Of a stretch of 64,000 nucleotides of DNA, positions 30,205 through 39,205 are shown in pieces; position 1 is the first letter of the stretch, and every line of letters begins with the position of its first letter. Origin of the DNA: Planctomycetota bacterium (GTDB lineage: Bacteria > Planctomycetota > Planctomycetia > Planctomycetales > Planctomycetaceae); NCBI GenBank assembly GCA_027623235.1, contig JAQBVJ010000018.1, forward strand, positions 9,540-73,539, given 5' to 3'. The position numbers and the translations under genes were made by a program. A model generated the notes under the pieces. The model did no database searches. It was not told where the DNA came from and saw only the letters and a list, made by a program, of their open reading frames with translations.

Positions 30205-31089
30205 TCAAACGTCGCAGAGTTTGACGGCTTCCGTCAGTCCGACGACCGGGTCGCGGGTCGGGATGAATTCCTGGCCGACGAAGCCCTTGTACTTCACATC
30301 GACCAGCGCCTGCATGATGGCCGGGTAGCTGATCTCCTGAGTGGCGTCGAGTTCCGCTCGCCCAGGATTTCCCGCGGTGTGAACGTGGCCGATGTATTCG
30401 TGGATGGCCTTGATTCGGCGGATGACGTCTCCGTCCATGATCTGGACGTGGTAGATGTCAAACAGCAGTTTCATTCGCGGTGAACCGACCTTCTTAATAA
30501 TGTCGATGCAGTAGTCGGTGTGGTCGCCCTGGTAGCCAGGATGCCCTTTCATCGGGTGCGTGTCGTCTCGCGTGTTGAGCATCTCGAGGCAGATGTTGAC
30601 GCCTTTTTTCTCCGCATAGCCGATGACCTTTTTGAACCCGGCGACGCAGTTCTTTGCTCCGTCCTCAGCAGAAATCCCGTTCGCGTAGCCGGTAAAGCTG
30701 ATGACGTTTTTACAGCCGAAGTCAGCGGCCGCGTCGATTCTTGCTTTGACCTTCGCGATACACTCTTCCCAGTTGTCGGGGTTGTTGAATCCGACTTTGA
30801 AACTGTGGCTGCCGGCGATCGCACATTCCAGGTCGTACTTCTTGAGGATCGGCCACAGTTCCGGATCGGCGAGTTCGATGCTCTGCACGCCGAGCTTCTT
30901 TGCGAGCTTTGCCGTTTCTTCGAAGGTCCAGTGATCCTTGAAACACCAGTAGACGATGGACTGTCGAATGCGGCCTTTGGTCGCTGCCTTTGCCTCTTCT
31001 GCCATGGCCTGTCCTCCGAGTGCTCCTGCGGCCGCCGCGCCGGCAGCACAAAGAACGTCGCGACGATTGATGGATCCGGACTTGCCCAT
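30205..31089 (-). CDS. Sugar phosphate isomerase/epimerase (xylose-isomerase-like TIM barrel) with Tat-like signal
   Basis: MGKSGSINRRDVLCAAGAAAAGALG, then a hydroxypyruvate-isomerase-like body (FGCKNVISFTGY, GVNICLEMLN, HVHTAGNPGR). Confidence 0.8.
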   Translation of the reverse strand: MGKSGSINRRDVLCAAGAAAAGALGGQAMAEEAKAATKGRIRQSIVYWCFKDHWTFEETAKLAKKLGVQSIELADPELWPILKKYDLECAIAGSHSFKVGFNNPDNWEECIAKVKARIDAAADFGCKNVISFTGYANGISAEDGAKNCVAGFKKVIGYAEKKGVNICLEMLNTRDDTHPMKGHPGYQGDHTDYCIDIIKKVGSPRMKLLFDIYHVQIMDGDVIRRIKAIHEYIGHVHTAGNPGRAELDATQEISYPAIMQALVDVKYKGFVGQEFIPTRDPVVGLTEAVKLCDV

Positions 31090-31267
31090 GATGAGACTCC
31101 CTGAGATGTGATTGCTGACTCGCGGATTGGAGTGTCGAGCATCGGCCCTCCGGGTTCAAGAAGCCGCCATATCGCACGCCGCTGAACAGGTCGAATCGAT
31201 ATAGCGGCGCGGCGCGAGCCGCCCGGTCTTCACGGCGGAAAGCACACTCAGGCCGGACGGCTTGCGC

Positions 31268-31382
31268 CCAATGGCCCCGGAGTTGTGTTGATAGTCGCCT
31301 TTCGCTCCGCGAAAGGAACGCTGCTTTCGCGGAGCGAAAGGCGACTATCAGCGATCAGCCGACACAACTCTGGGGCCATCGG
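31268..31382. repeat. Nested long palindrome (REP-like element)
   Basis: Perfect 26-bp arms at 31290-31315 and 31324-31349 (GATAGTCGCCTTTCGCTCCGCGAAAG) around an 8-nt loop. They are flanked by a second near-perfect 20-bp arm pair at 31268-31287 and 31363-31382. Confidence 0.9.
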
Positions 31383-31752
31383 GCTTACGCCGTGCCGCGA
31401 CGTCTTTAACGAGCTGAGAAAGCCGGTTTGCAGTGAGCTGCCGGTCGAGCGGATTCTCTTTGGCTGATGCGAACTCGCTCCGTCGATGTTGACGTGAGGC
31501 AACGGTCGCTCGGACAGCGCCGCGGACCTGGCTTCGTGTGTGACTCCTGCCACGTCATGCCGGAATCTCATGCCCTTGCTGAGGAGCGCATTCGTGAACA
31601 TTTCCTGATCGAAGCTCAAAACTCACGCTTCGGGCTACGAAAGTGAAATAACCTTCCGCGCTGCGGAACGATTCCTGCGGATAGGCCATGGTTGACTGCG
31701 GCGCAGGGTGCGCTGTCACGAACTGCCGATTCCTCACAAGGAGAGACAAAGA

Positions 31753-32397
31753 ATGATTCGACCTGTTGTTGTGAAAGGGCTCGTTCTCGCTGCGGTCGCC
31801 TGTGTGGCGATGAGCGAGCCCGTCGAGGCCTCGATCACACGATACCGTGTGACCAATCGCTACTCGTGTGGCGATTCCTGCGGTGACTCGGGAATCTGGT
31901 TTCGCAAGCTGCCGGGCGAGACCAACGGGCGATGGACCGGCTTGAGTATCCACCGTGGAACTCTGGCTTACGATTCCGACGCGCAGACGCTGACACTGTC
32001 AGCCCGGCTTGTTGGACGTCGTACCCGCTACAACTTTCAGCTGACTTACGAAAACGTAGCGTGGAGTGGCGACCAGTTGATCGGAGCCGGCGGTGGTTCC
32101 GGTCGAGTCTGGAATCGACAAAACCGGGTACGCCTGATTGATGAGGCCTACCATGGCCAGACCGTGGTCGCGGACTTTCGTGACAACAGTCTGACCGGCT
32201 GGTTCTCGGATGCGCGAGGTCGCCACATCGGCGACATCAATGCCTCGTTGGGCTCGTGCGGAGATCCTCCGTCCGTGCCTGAACCCGGCACGCTCGCCAT
32301 GCTGGGAGTCGGAATGGCCTCGGTCATCGGCTTCCGCCGGCGACGCAGGGACCCGGCCGAGGACGTTACGGAAGATGCCGAGCCAGCAGTCAGTTGA
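31753..32397 (+). CDS. PEP-CTERM sorting-domain protein (exosortase substrate)
   Basis: ATG 31753 after AAGGAGAG. Signal peptide. C-terminal VPEPGTLAMLGVGMASVIGFRRRRR, followed by an unusual acidic tail DPAEDVTEDAEPAVS. Confidence 0.8.
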   Translation: MIRPVVVKGLVLAAVACVAMSEPVEASITRYRVTNRYSCGDSCGDSGIWFRKLPGETNGRWTGLSIHRGTLAYDSDAQTLTLSARLVGRRTRYNFQLTYENVAWSGDQLIGAGGGSGRVWNRQNRVRLIDEAYHGQTVVADFRDNSLTGWFSDARGRHIGDINASLGSCGDPPSVPEPGTLAMLGVGMASVIGFRRRRRDPAEDVTEDAEPAVS

Positions 32398-32435
32398 CTC
32401 GACTTTCGCACGTCACCGGTCCATAACGATCGAAG

Positions 32436-32467
32436 GGCCCGCTCTCACGTGAGGGCGGGCCTTTTTT
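32436..32467 (+). terminator. Rho-independent terminator
   Basis: GGCCCGC-(loop)-GCGGGCC followed by TTTTTT, directly after the PEP-CTERM gene. Confidence 0.8.
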
Positions 32468-32572
32468 GCTGGCGGATCTCGAAAGTGCAACTGGCGAGAG
32501 GCCTGCAAAGTCGATTTTCGATTCGCGACTTCGCTAAACTGAAGCTCCCCCGACTTCGCATTTTCCCACCGG

Positions 32573-33925
32573 ATGAGGTCTGCCGTGCTTCGTTTTTCCG
32601 CCGCCGTTTTCGCTTTGTGTTTTGCCATCCTGGCTGTTGCCGCTCCGCTTTCGGCTGCCGATGAATGGCCACAGTTTCAGGGACCGCGCGCCGACGGCCA
32701 CTCCAGCGCGACCGGGCTGCCGCTGACGTGGAGCGAAACGGAAAACGTGGCATGGAAAGCGGCCATCCCGGGAAACGGCCACTCCTCACCCGTGATTTCC
32801 GGAAATGAAATCTGGCTGACGACGGCGGTTCAGACGAAGCTCACCGACGAGCAGAAAAAAGAAATTCTCTCGAAGGTGCCGAATTCGAACGGGCTGGAAA
32901 TCGCCGGCCGTGTTTCATTGAGAGCTGTCTGCGTCGCCAGAGACTCGGGCAGAATCACACACAACATCGAACTGTTTGAGGTCGAGAAACCTGAACCGAT
33001 TCACGCGCTCAACAGTTACGCATCGCCCTCGCCGATCATTCAAAACGGCAAACTGAACGGCAAACTGTTCTGCCACTTCGGAACGTACGGGACCTGCTGC
33101 GTCGACACCGCGTCGGCGAAGGTCGAGTGGAAAAATACCGACCACCATGTCGACCATCAGAACGGGCCGGGGGCGTCGCCGTCGCTGTGGGAAGGCGTCA
33201 TCATTTTGAACTTTGACGGCATCGATTCGCAGTTCATCGCCGGTCTCGACAAGCGAACGGGCGAGACGCTGTGGACGACTTCTCGATCGGGCACGATGTC
33301 GGATCGAGCCGAGTTCCGCAAAACCTATTCAACAGCCACCGTGCTGGAAGACCCGCGCGGATCGCAGGTCATCTCACCGGGAGCCGACTGGGTTTACTCC
33401 TACGATCCTGCCTCGGGCCGCGAACTGTGGCGAGCCAGTTACGGCATGCTCGGCTTCTCGACGGTCCCTCGCCCGCTGATCTGGAAGGACCTGTGCATCC
33501 TCACCACAAGCTTCATCCGCCCGCGCATTGTCGCGGTGAAATACGACGGCTCCGGCGACGTTTCAAAAACGCACGTCGTGTGGACGAAAGACGGTCAGCT
33601 TCCCTCGAAGCCGTCCATGCTGATTGTGGAGGACAGGATTTACTTCATCAGTGATAAGGGAATCGGCATGTGTCTCGATGTGGTTTCCGGAGAAGAGATC
33701 TGGAAAGAACGAGTCGACGGGGCTTTTTCCGCCTCGCCGTTGTACGCCGATGGGCGAATGTACTTTTTCGATCAGGCCGGCAAAACGACCGTCCTTGCTC
33801 CCGGTGCGGAATACAAGAAGCTCGCCGAGAACAAGCTCGACGGAGGCTTCATGGCCTCGCCGGCGGTCGCGGGTCAGGCACTCTTCCTGCGGACCGAGTC
33901 GCACCTGTACCGCATCGAAAAGTGA
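32573..33925 (+). CDS. Secreted PQQ-like beta-propeller repeat protein (BamB/YfgL-like fold)
   Basis: Signal peptide ...AVAAPLSAADEWPQFQGPRADGHS. Repeated propeller blades (WKAAIPGNGHSSPVISGNEIWL, GEEIWKERVDGAFSASPLYADGRMYF). Confidence 0.75.
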   Translation: MRSAVLRFSAAVFALCFAILAVAAPLSAADEWPQFQGPRADGHSSATGLPLTWSETENVAWKAAIPGNGHSSPVISGNEIWLTTAVQTKLTDEQKKEILSKVPNSNGLEIAGRVSLRAVCVARDSGRITHNIELFEVEKPEPIHALNSYASPSPIIQNGKLNGKLFCHFGTYGTCCVDTASAKVEWKNTDHHVDHQNGPGASPSLWEGVIILNFDGIDSQFIAGLDKRTGETLWTTSRSGTMSDRAEFRKTYSTATVLEDPRGSQVISPGADWVYSYDPASGRELWRASYGMLGFSTVPRPLIWKDLCILTTSFIRPRIVAVKYDGSGDVSKTHVVWTKDGQLPSKPSMLIVEDRIYFISDKGIGMCLDVVSGEEIWKERVDGAFSASPLYADGRMYFFDQAGKTTVLAPGAEYKKLAENKLDGGFMASPAVAGQALFLRTESHLYRIEK

Positions 33926-34113
33926 CCGCGAACGATGATTGAGAGGCGTGCGGGAGGCGAGGCTCCTTCCGAGCCGTTGGCCTCCCGAGCCCGCCCGCGG
34001 CCCAGCCCGGCGGCAAACAGGGGTGTTACAAGCTTGTTACAACGTCTGTTGTGGCATCTTGATAGGATTCAGGCCGTTCCCCACGCTTCACATCTCACTT
34101 GCCAGGAAATCCA

Positions 34114-34641
34114 ATGTTCTCAGCTTCAAGTCGTGCTGTGAGCCTGTGTGCCATTGTCGTTGTGGCAGTCGTGGGTTCGGCTTTGACGGGAGCCGCGGAC
34201 GAAAAGAAAGAGAAACCACTCTCGCCTGAGACGATTCTGAAAGACCAGTTCGAAGGCAAGGCCACGGTGGAGCTTGAAGTCGGCGAGGTCCACACACTCA
34301 ACATCGACAGCATCTTTGTGCCCGACGTTTCCCACGCTCAGATCATCAAGGCGAAAATCCCGGGAGCGAAGGTCGGCCAGGAGGTTTTGGTGACCGTGTC
34401 CAGAGAGGTCGCGACCCGGATTCTGAAGTTGGGAATTGAGGATCCCGCCGAACACTTTCGAGGAAAGATACTTCGGGTGTCAGGTACGGTTGAGCCAGTC
34501 AAGAAACTTTCCACTCCTTCGGCGATGGTTTACAGGATTCAGGTCACCAACCTGGATCAGTTGGAGAGTATTCGCAAGCCGTCGTTGTCGTGCCGAACTC
34601 AACGCTGGACAGGAAAAGCCGATCGGCCCGAAATCGAATGA
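34114..34641 (+). CDS. Small secreted hypothetical protein
   Basis: ATG 34114 (the ORF call starts at TTG 34099). Signal peptide MFSASSRAVSLCAIVVVAVVGSALTGA. Ends at a TGA that is followed by 86 more open codons in the same frame. Confidence 0.55.
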   Translation: MFSASSRAVSLCAIVVVAVVGSALTGAADEKKEKPLSPETILKDQFEGKATVELEVGEVHTLNIDSIFVPDVSHAQIIKAKIPGAKVGQEVLVTVSREVATRILKLGIEDPAEHFRGKILRVSGTVEPVKKLSTPSAMVYRIQVTNLDQLESIRKPSLSCRTQRWTGKADRPEIE

Positions 34642-35078
34642 ACGCTGATTGACGGCCACCCGGTCAGCTCAACCGTTGAACTTAACCGCTTCGCGTGGCG
34701 GGAGTCGTCCGGGGTTCGTTGGTCTGGTGGTTTGATCCGTCGTCCGTTTTCGCGGGACCTCCAGGCCATTGCCGAGGCGTATTATGGTTCCGTGCCGGAC
34801 CGCATCAGCAGGCAAGCACTCGACCGATTGGACACACGATTACAAGCCATCGTCGTGGAATTCACGGCGAAGTACGGAAATCGCCGAATCGCAGTGGATT
34901 AGAAACACTCGGGTGGCACGGGTTCTTGAACCCGTGTCGTGCACCGGCAAGAGGCGATCCGGAACCCTCACACAGCCGCCTCTTGTGCCTCCGGCAAACT
35001 GGTTGCGAGCAACGAGTTCCACTCGGTAGACCGGCGAGTCTGCGGTTGAGGCTGCCGTGGGGATGTCGGCCTCACCCA

Positions 35079-35113
35079 ATAAAAAAGCAGCCCCCGGAAG
35101 TTCCGGGGGCTGC
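35079..35113 (-). terminator. Rho-independent terminator of amt
   Basis: GCAGCCCCCGG-AAGTT-CCGGGGGCTGC with an A8 tract on the plus strand (T tract on the minus strand), about 45 nt after the amt stop. Confidence 0.85.
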
Positions 35114-35156
35114 TGGAGTAGACCTGCTGGAGTGTCTCCGTACGGTCCGGCAGGAA

Positions 35157-36653
35157 TTACACGCTTGTCATTTGCGGGGTCGGCAGGGGGCTGCCACCGC
35201 TGACTCCACCGTAGGCGGCCATGCCGTGCTCGCTGACGTCCAGGCCGATGACTTCTTCTTCTTCTGTCGCTCGCAGGCCGATCGTGACCTTGATGACGTA
35301 GAAGATGGCGAAGCTGACCGGGAAGGCCCAGGCGAAGGCGGCTCCCACGCCGATGAGCTGCGTCAGGAACTGAGCTCCGCTGGCGTTGGTTGAGAGGATG
35401 CCGATGGCCAGTGTGCCCCAGGCTCCGCAGACGCCGTGAACCGAGACGGCTCCGACAGGATCGTCGATGCCGGCTTTCTCGATCGCCAGGCAGGAGAAGA
35501 CCACCAGGACGCCACCAATCAGGCCCGTCAGAGCGGCCATCGCGGGAGTCATGCAGTCACAGCCAGCCGTGATCGCAACCAGACCCGCCAGGGCACCGTT
35601 CAGAGCGAAGCTTGTGTCCGGCTTCTTGAACATGATCCAGGAAACGATCATCGCACCCACAGCACCAGCGGCTGCGGACAGGTTCGTCGTGACAGCGATG
35701 TAGGCCATGTCGGCACCGACAGCGGTCGTGCTGCCTGCGTTGAAGCCGAACCAGCCAAGCCACAGGATAAACACGCCCAGGCCAGCCATCGGGATGTTGT
35801 GTCCGGGAATCGGTTGCGGCTTGCCATCTTTGTACTTGCCTTTCCGGGCACCCAGCACGATCGCACCAGCGAGAGCGGCCCAGCCACCGATCGAGTGGAC
35901 GACGGTCGAACCTGCGAAGTCCAGGAAGCCCATCCCTTCGAGCCATCCGGTTCCGGTTCCACCAACGAGACCATTCCAGCACCAACTGCCGAAGATCGGA
36001 TAAACGATCACGGTGATTGCGACCGAGTAGGCCAGGTAGCCGACGAATTTGGTCCGCTCAGCCATCGCTCCACTGACGATTGTCGCGGCGGTTGCTGCGA
36101 AGACCGTCTGGAAAATCAGGAAGGCCCAGCCGAATCCGACCGACGAGAATTCAGCGGCTGTGGCGGCTTCGTTGGTGGCGTCAAAGAAGAACAGGCTCGT
36201 GCCGATGTAACCGTTCGTGACGCCGAACATCAGTCCGAATCCGACCGCCCAGAACGCGAGCGATCCGATGGAAAAGTCCATCAGGTTTTTCATGAGGATG
36301 TTGCACGCGTTTTTGGCTCGCGTGAAACCGGATTCGACCATCGCGAAACCGGCCTGCATGAAGAAGACCAGGAAGGCGGCAATACAGGTCCACAGGATGT
36401 TGGAGTTCTCGCCGTTTTCTGCGATCGCGGCCGCGTTGCTCTCGGCTGTCGGAGCCGGTGCTGCTTCTTCTGCGGGGGCTTCTTCCGCGGGGGCTGCGAC
36501 TTCTTCCGCGAGTGCGGGTGTTTCCGGGGGAGCTTCCTGCTCAGCAACCGGGGCCGCTTCCTGGGCCACCACAAATGTTGTTGGAGCAAACGCGATTGCT
36601 GCAAACGTCAGCAGCGAAAGCAGAGCCCCCCAGCGTGTCACAAGACCTGTCAT
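35157..36653 (-). CDS. amt: Ammonium transporter (Amt family) with signal-like N-terminus and Ala/Pro/Glu-rich linker
   Basis: FFMQAGFAMVESGFTRAKN, VHSIGGWAALAGAIVLG, VHGVCGAWGTLAIG. Start taken at ATG 36653 (AGGAACG upstream). The ORF call extends to 36752. Confidence 0.9.
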   Translation of the reverse strand: MTGLVTRWGALLSLLTFAAIAFAPTTFVVAQEAAPVAEQEAPPETPALAEEVAAPAEEAPAEEAAPAPTAESNAAAIAENGENSNILWTCIAAFLVFFMQAGFAMVESGFTRAKNACNILMKNLMDFSIGSLAFWAVGFGLMFGVTNGYIGTSLFFFDATNEAATAAEFSSVGFGWAFLIFQTVFAATAATIVSGAMAERTKFVGYLAYSVAITVIVYPIFGSWCWNGLVGGTGTGWLEGMGFLDFAGSTVVHSIGGWAALAGAIVLGARKGKYKDGKPQPIPGHNIPMAGLGVFILWLGWFGFNAGSTTAVGADMAYIAVTTNLSAAAGAVGAMIVSWIMFKKPDTSFALNGALAGLVAITAGCDCMTPAMAALTGLIGGVLVVFSCLAIEKAGIDDPVGAVSVHGVCGAWGTLAIGILSTNASGAQFLTQLIGVGAAFAWAFPVSFAIFYVIKVTIGLRATEEEEVIGLDVSEHGMAAYGGVSGGSPLPTPQMTSV

Positions 36654-37051
36654 CGTTCCTTGCCTTTCCGACTGCAGTTGAAATTTGAATTGATGGCCGC
36701 GCGGCCACGGCGCAGACTCAGCGCGGACGGAGATTGAGTTTCGGAAGATCATTCCCGGGTCGCTTGAGAACTCGCATTAAGGCTGAGCACTGCCTCACAA
36801 ATGCGCTGCGTCTCGACAAAGTGGACGGTTCGCAATTTGCGTGCCCAATTGGCGAACAAAAGAAGAAGTGGCAAAACTCGGCGGGATCACGGGTTTTTCT
36901 CCCTGCGTTTCGCGACGAGTCTGCTGAGGCGCCTTACGAATGCCAGCATCCGTGCCGCGTCTCTCAGCAGTGCTGCCTGCAATTTGTTCTCGCCTTCGCC
37001 TGACAAATGGCGTTTCCGAATTACCGGTTCGAGGCTACGATTTTTTCCGGC

Positions 37052-38056
37052 ATGACACGCAAGACTCTGAAATCCTTTGACCTTGGAGAGACGCTCGGCG
37101 TCGGCACAGTCGGGACGATCCGCCGCGCTGTCGACCGCGCGGACCGGCGCGTTGTCGCCCTGAAAATTCTGCAGCCGGCGGTCTCGCAGGACCCGACGAT
37201 CCGGCTGCGGTTTGAGCGGGAGATTGAGGTTCTCAGGAAGCTCAACCATCCCAACGTCGTGGCGTGTTACGACCACGGGATCGATGACCAGCGGCTTTTT
37301 TACAGCATGGAAGTCATCGATGGCGGGACACTCAAAGAGGTCCTCGCCCGGCGAGGCCGACTGACGGTGGCCGAGGCGATGGAGGTCGGCTGGCAGCTGT
37401 GCTCGGCTTTGCAGCACGTCCACAATCACGGCATCGTGCATCGGGATCTGAAGCCAGCCAACATTTATCTGACTCGAAACGGGCTGATCAAGCTGGGTGA
37501 TTTCGGCATCGCGCTCGACACGGGAGCCGTCGAGATCACCGATCAGGGACTCACCGTAGGCTCGTACCTGTACATGTCTCCCGAGCAGATCCGCGGCGAA
37601 CGTTCGGTGTCTTATCAGACCGATCTGTACGCTCTGGGCTGTCTGCTGTTCGAACTGGTCACCGGAGCGCCACCGTTTGAGGGGCAAAACTTCGCGCAGA
37701 TCTTCGGTCAGCATTTGAATTCCGATCCGCCGTCCGCGAGGAATGTCGTTTCCGACTGCCCGGAAGTGCTCGACGAATTGATCCGCAGTCTGCTGAGCAA
37801 GAACTCCGACGACCGTCCGATCAACGCGCGAAGTGTGCAGGGAGTGCTCGCGGAAACCCTGTCCGAAACGCACGGACCGGACATCATCGACGTGCTGAAG
37901 GACTGCCACCGAAACGGATCCCGTCGGCTGGAACGGCTGATCGCACCGGCTCAGATCGAGACGACCGAAGTTTCATGGAAGCAACTGGGAATGACGGCCG
38001 CGGCGATTGTCGGTCTGATCGCCGTTGCCGCGCTCGCCCGTTTCTTTTCCGGATAA
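37052..38056 (+). CDS. Serine/threonine protein kinase with C-terminal TM anchor
   Basis: GVGTVGTIRRA...VALK, HRDLKPANIYL, DFGIA, YMSPEQ. C-terminal LGMTAAAIVGLIAVAALARFF. Start at ATG 37052, or possibly ATG 37007. Confidence 0.9.
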   Translation: MTRKTLKSFDLGETLGVGTVGTIRRAVDRADRRVVALKILQPAVSQDPTIRLRFEREIEVLRKLNHPNVVACYDHGIDDQRLFYSMEVIDGGTLKEVLARRGRLTVAEAMEVGWQLCSALQHVHNHGIVHRDLKPANIYLTRNGLIKLGDFGIALDTGAVEITDQGLTVGSYLYMSPEQIRGERSVSYQTDLYALGCLLFELVTGAPPFEGQNFAQIFGQHLNSDPPSARNVVSDCPEVLDELIRSLLSKNSDDRPINARSVQGVLAETLSETHGPDIIDVLKDCHRNGSRRLERLIAPAQIETTEVSWKQLGMTAAAIVGLIAVAALARFFSG

Positions 38057-38190
38057 CGCGATTTCGTCTTCTGCCGGCCGCCCTCAGTGCGCAGCCGTGC
38101 CGGGAAACCAGGCTTTGGTGCCGCTTTCGTTTGCACGTCGATCGGGCCGAGGAGACAGGCTTGAAAATGAAATAACTCGAAGCGTGAGTT

Positions 38191-38316
38191 TTGAAGTTGC
38201 ACACTTCTCACCCCGGCCCTCTCCCCCAAAACATCCGCGATTGATGCATTTTTACAAAGTCAGTCGAACGCGCCGATGTTTCGGGGGAGAGGGGGCTTCA
38301 AACTGTGCGACTTCAA
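38191..38316. repeat. Imperfect ~125-bp inverted repeat (REP-like)
   Basis: TTGAAGTTGCACA...CCCTCTCCCCC (38191-38227) mirrored by GGGGGAGAGGG...TGTGCGACTTCAA (38283-38316). Confidence 0.6.
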
Positions 38317-38497
38317 AGCGCGACAGCGAGGGCGACGAACTTGCGGGCTGGCGAGACGGCTCGAGTTTCACTCCTTTGCGGCAGATCCCTCGACCAATTC
38401 TGCTCGGTTCGAACGAACGGCCCGCCGATTGCTCAGTAGACGGGCACGCTCAATCGGGAACACGTCTGACTGTCGCGACATCGCTTCGAACGGACCT

Positions 38498-38980
38498 ATG
38501 AAACGTGTGATTGTTCAGATCCTCCCAGCCGATGAATCCTCATCGGATCAGGAGTCGATCCAACCTGCAAACGGCAATGAAACTGCGTCCGGGCGAAATG
38601 GCCAGGACGCCGATCCCGGGGTGCGTCTGGAAGCGGTGATCTCTCTCGAACGGGCACGCATCGTCGTCGACACCATGCTCGACGCGGGCAGTTTCAACGG
38701 CGACGACCTTGCCGACCGCATGATCGATCGTCTCGTTCAGCGTGAACTGGCCAGCGATCACTCCGGCCACGTTTTTCACCGAGTGATCTCCAGCGTCGAG
38801 CGGGCTTTGCTTCGACACGCCTTCGCCGAGTGCGATCACATTCAGACTCGAACCGCCGACCGCCTCGGCGTGAACCGGAACACAATCCACAAAAAGCTGC
38901 TCAAGCACGAGCTGATTCAGGCCGACGAAGTGGAGCCAGCGGTGACGCCACGCCTGGCACGTGAAGAAGACGTCGCCTGA
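38498..38980 (+). CDS. Fis-family (HTH_8) DNA-binding protein
   Basis: ATG 38498. C-terminal ERALLRHAFAECDHIQTRTADRLGVNRNTIHKKLLKHEL. Confidence 0.7.
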   Translation: MKRVIVQILPADESSSDQESIQPANGNETASGRNGQDADPGVRLEAVISLERARIVVDTMLDAGSFNGDDLADRMIDRLVQRELASDHSGHVFHRVISSVERALLRHAFAECDHIQTRTADRLGVNRNTIHKKLLKHELIQADEVEPAVTPRLAREEDVA

Positions 38981-39027
38981 GGTGCGCCTGACGAATCTCA
39001 CGCAGAGCTGCGGAGATCACAAAGCCG

Positions 39028-39090
39028 GACATCCTGACGACAGAGACTGACATCCTGAACACAGAGATGGACGTCCTGAACTCTGCGTCT
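39028..39090. repeat. Three tandem 21-bp direct repeats (GACATCCTGAMSACAGAGA..)
   Basis: Units start at 39028, 39049 and 39070, in the convergent intergenic region between the Fis-like and AsnB-like genes. Confidence 0.75.
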
Positions 39091-39119
39091 CATGCGGCTC
39101 TGCGTGAGACGTCTTTTTT
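39085..39119 (+). terminator. Probable intrinsic terminator
   Basis: CGTCTCA-(12-nt loop)-TGAGACG followed by TCTTTTTT. Confidence 0.6.
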
Positions 39120-39205
39120 GTCTGCGGAACAACCCCTGCCTCGGGGTTCGCAAAGTCCGGGCATCACATTGCGGCTTCGCGTCTTTGCGCGACCCCTCTT
39201 TCCCG

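Noticed and set aside
31467-31646. 59-codon ATG ORF (MRTRSVDVDV..GFVCDSCHVMPESHALAEERIREHFLIEAQ..) in the 660-bp intergenic region
   Set aside because: There is no SD, third-position G+C is only about 59% by hand count, and no family is recognised. It may be a gene remnant, but the evidence is insufficient to call it.
34905-34990. tRNA-like hairpins (CACGGGTT-CTTG-AACCCGTG and CAAGAGGCG..CGCCTCTTG)
   Set aside because: No acceptor-stem complementarity could be found, and there is no 7-nt T-loop or anticodon-arm geometry. It is not a tRNA.
35436-36737. 433-aa plus-strand ORF
   Set aside because: Antisense to the ammonium transporter gene, which has unmistakable Amt motifs.
36887-37909. 340-aa minus-strand ORF
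   Set aside because: Antisense to the Ser/Thr kinase gene (HRDLKPANIYL, DFGIA on the plus strand).
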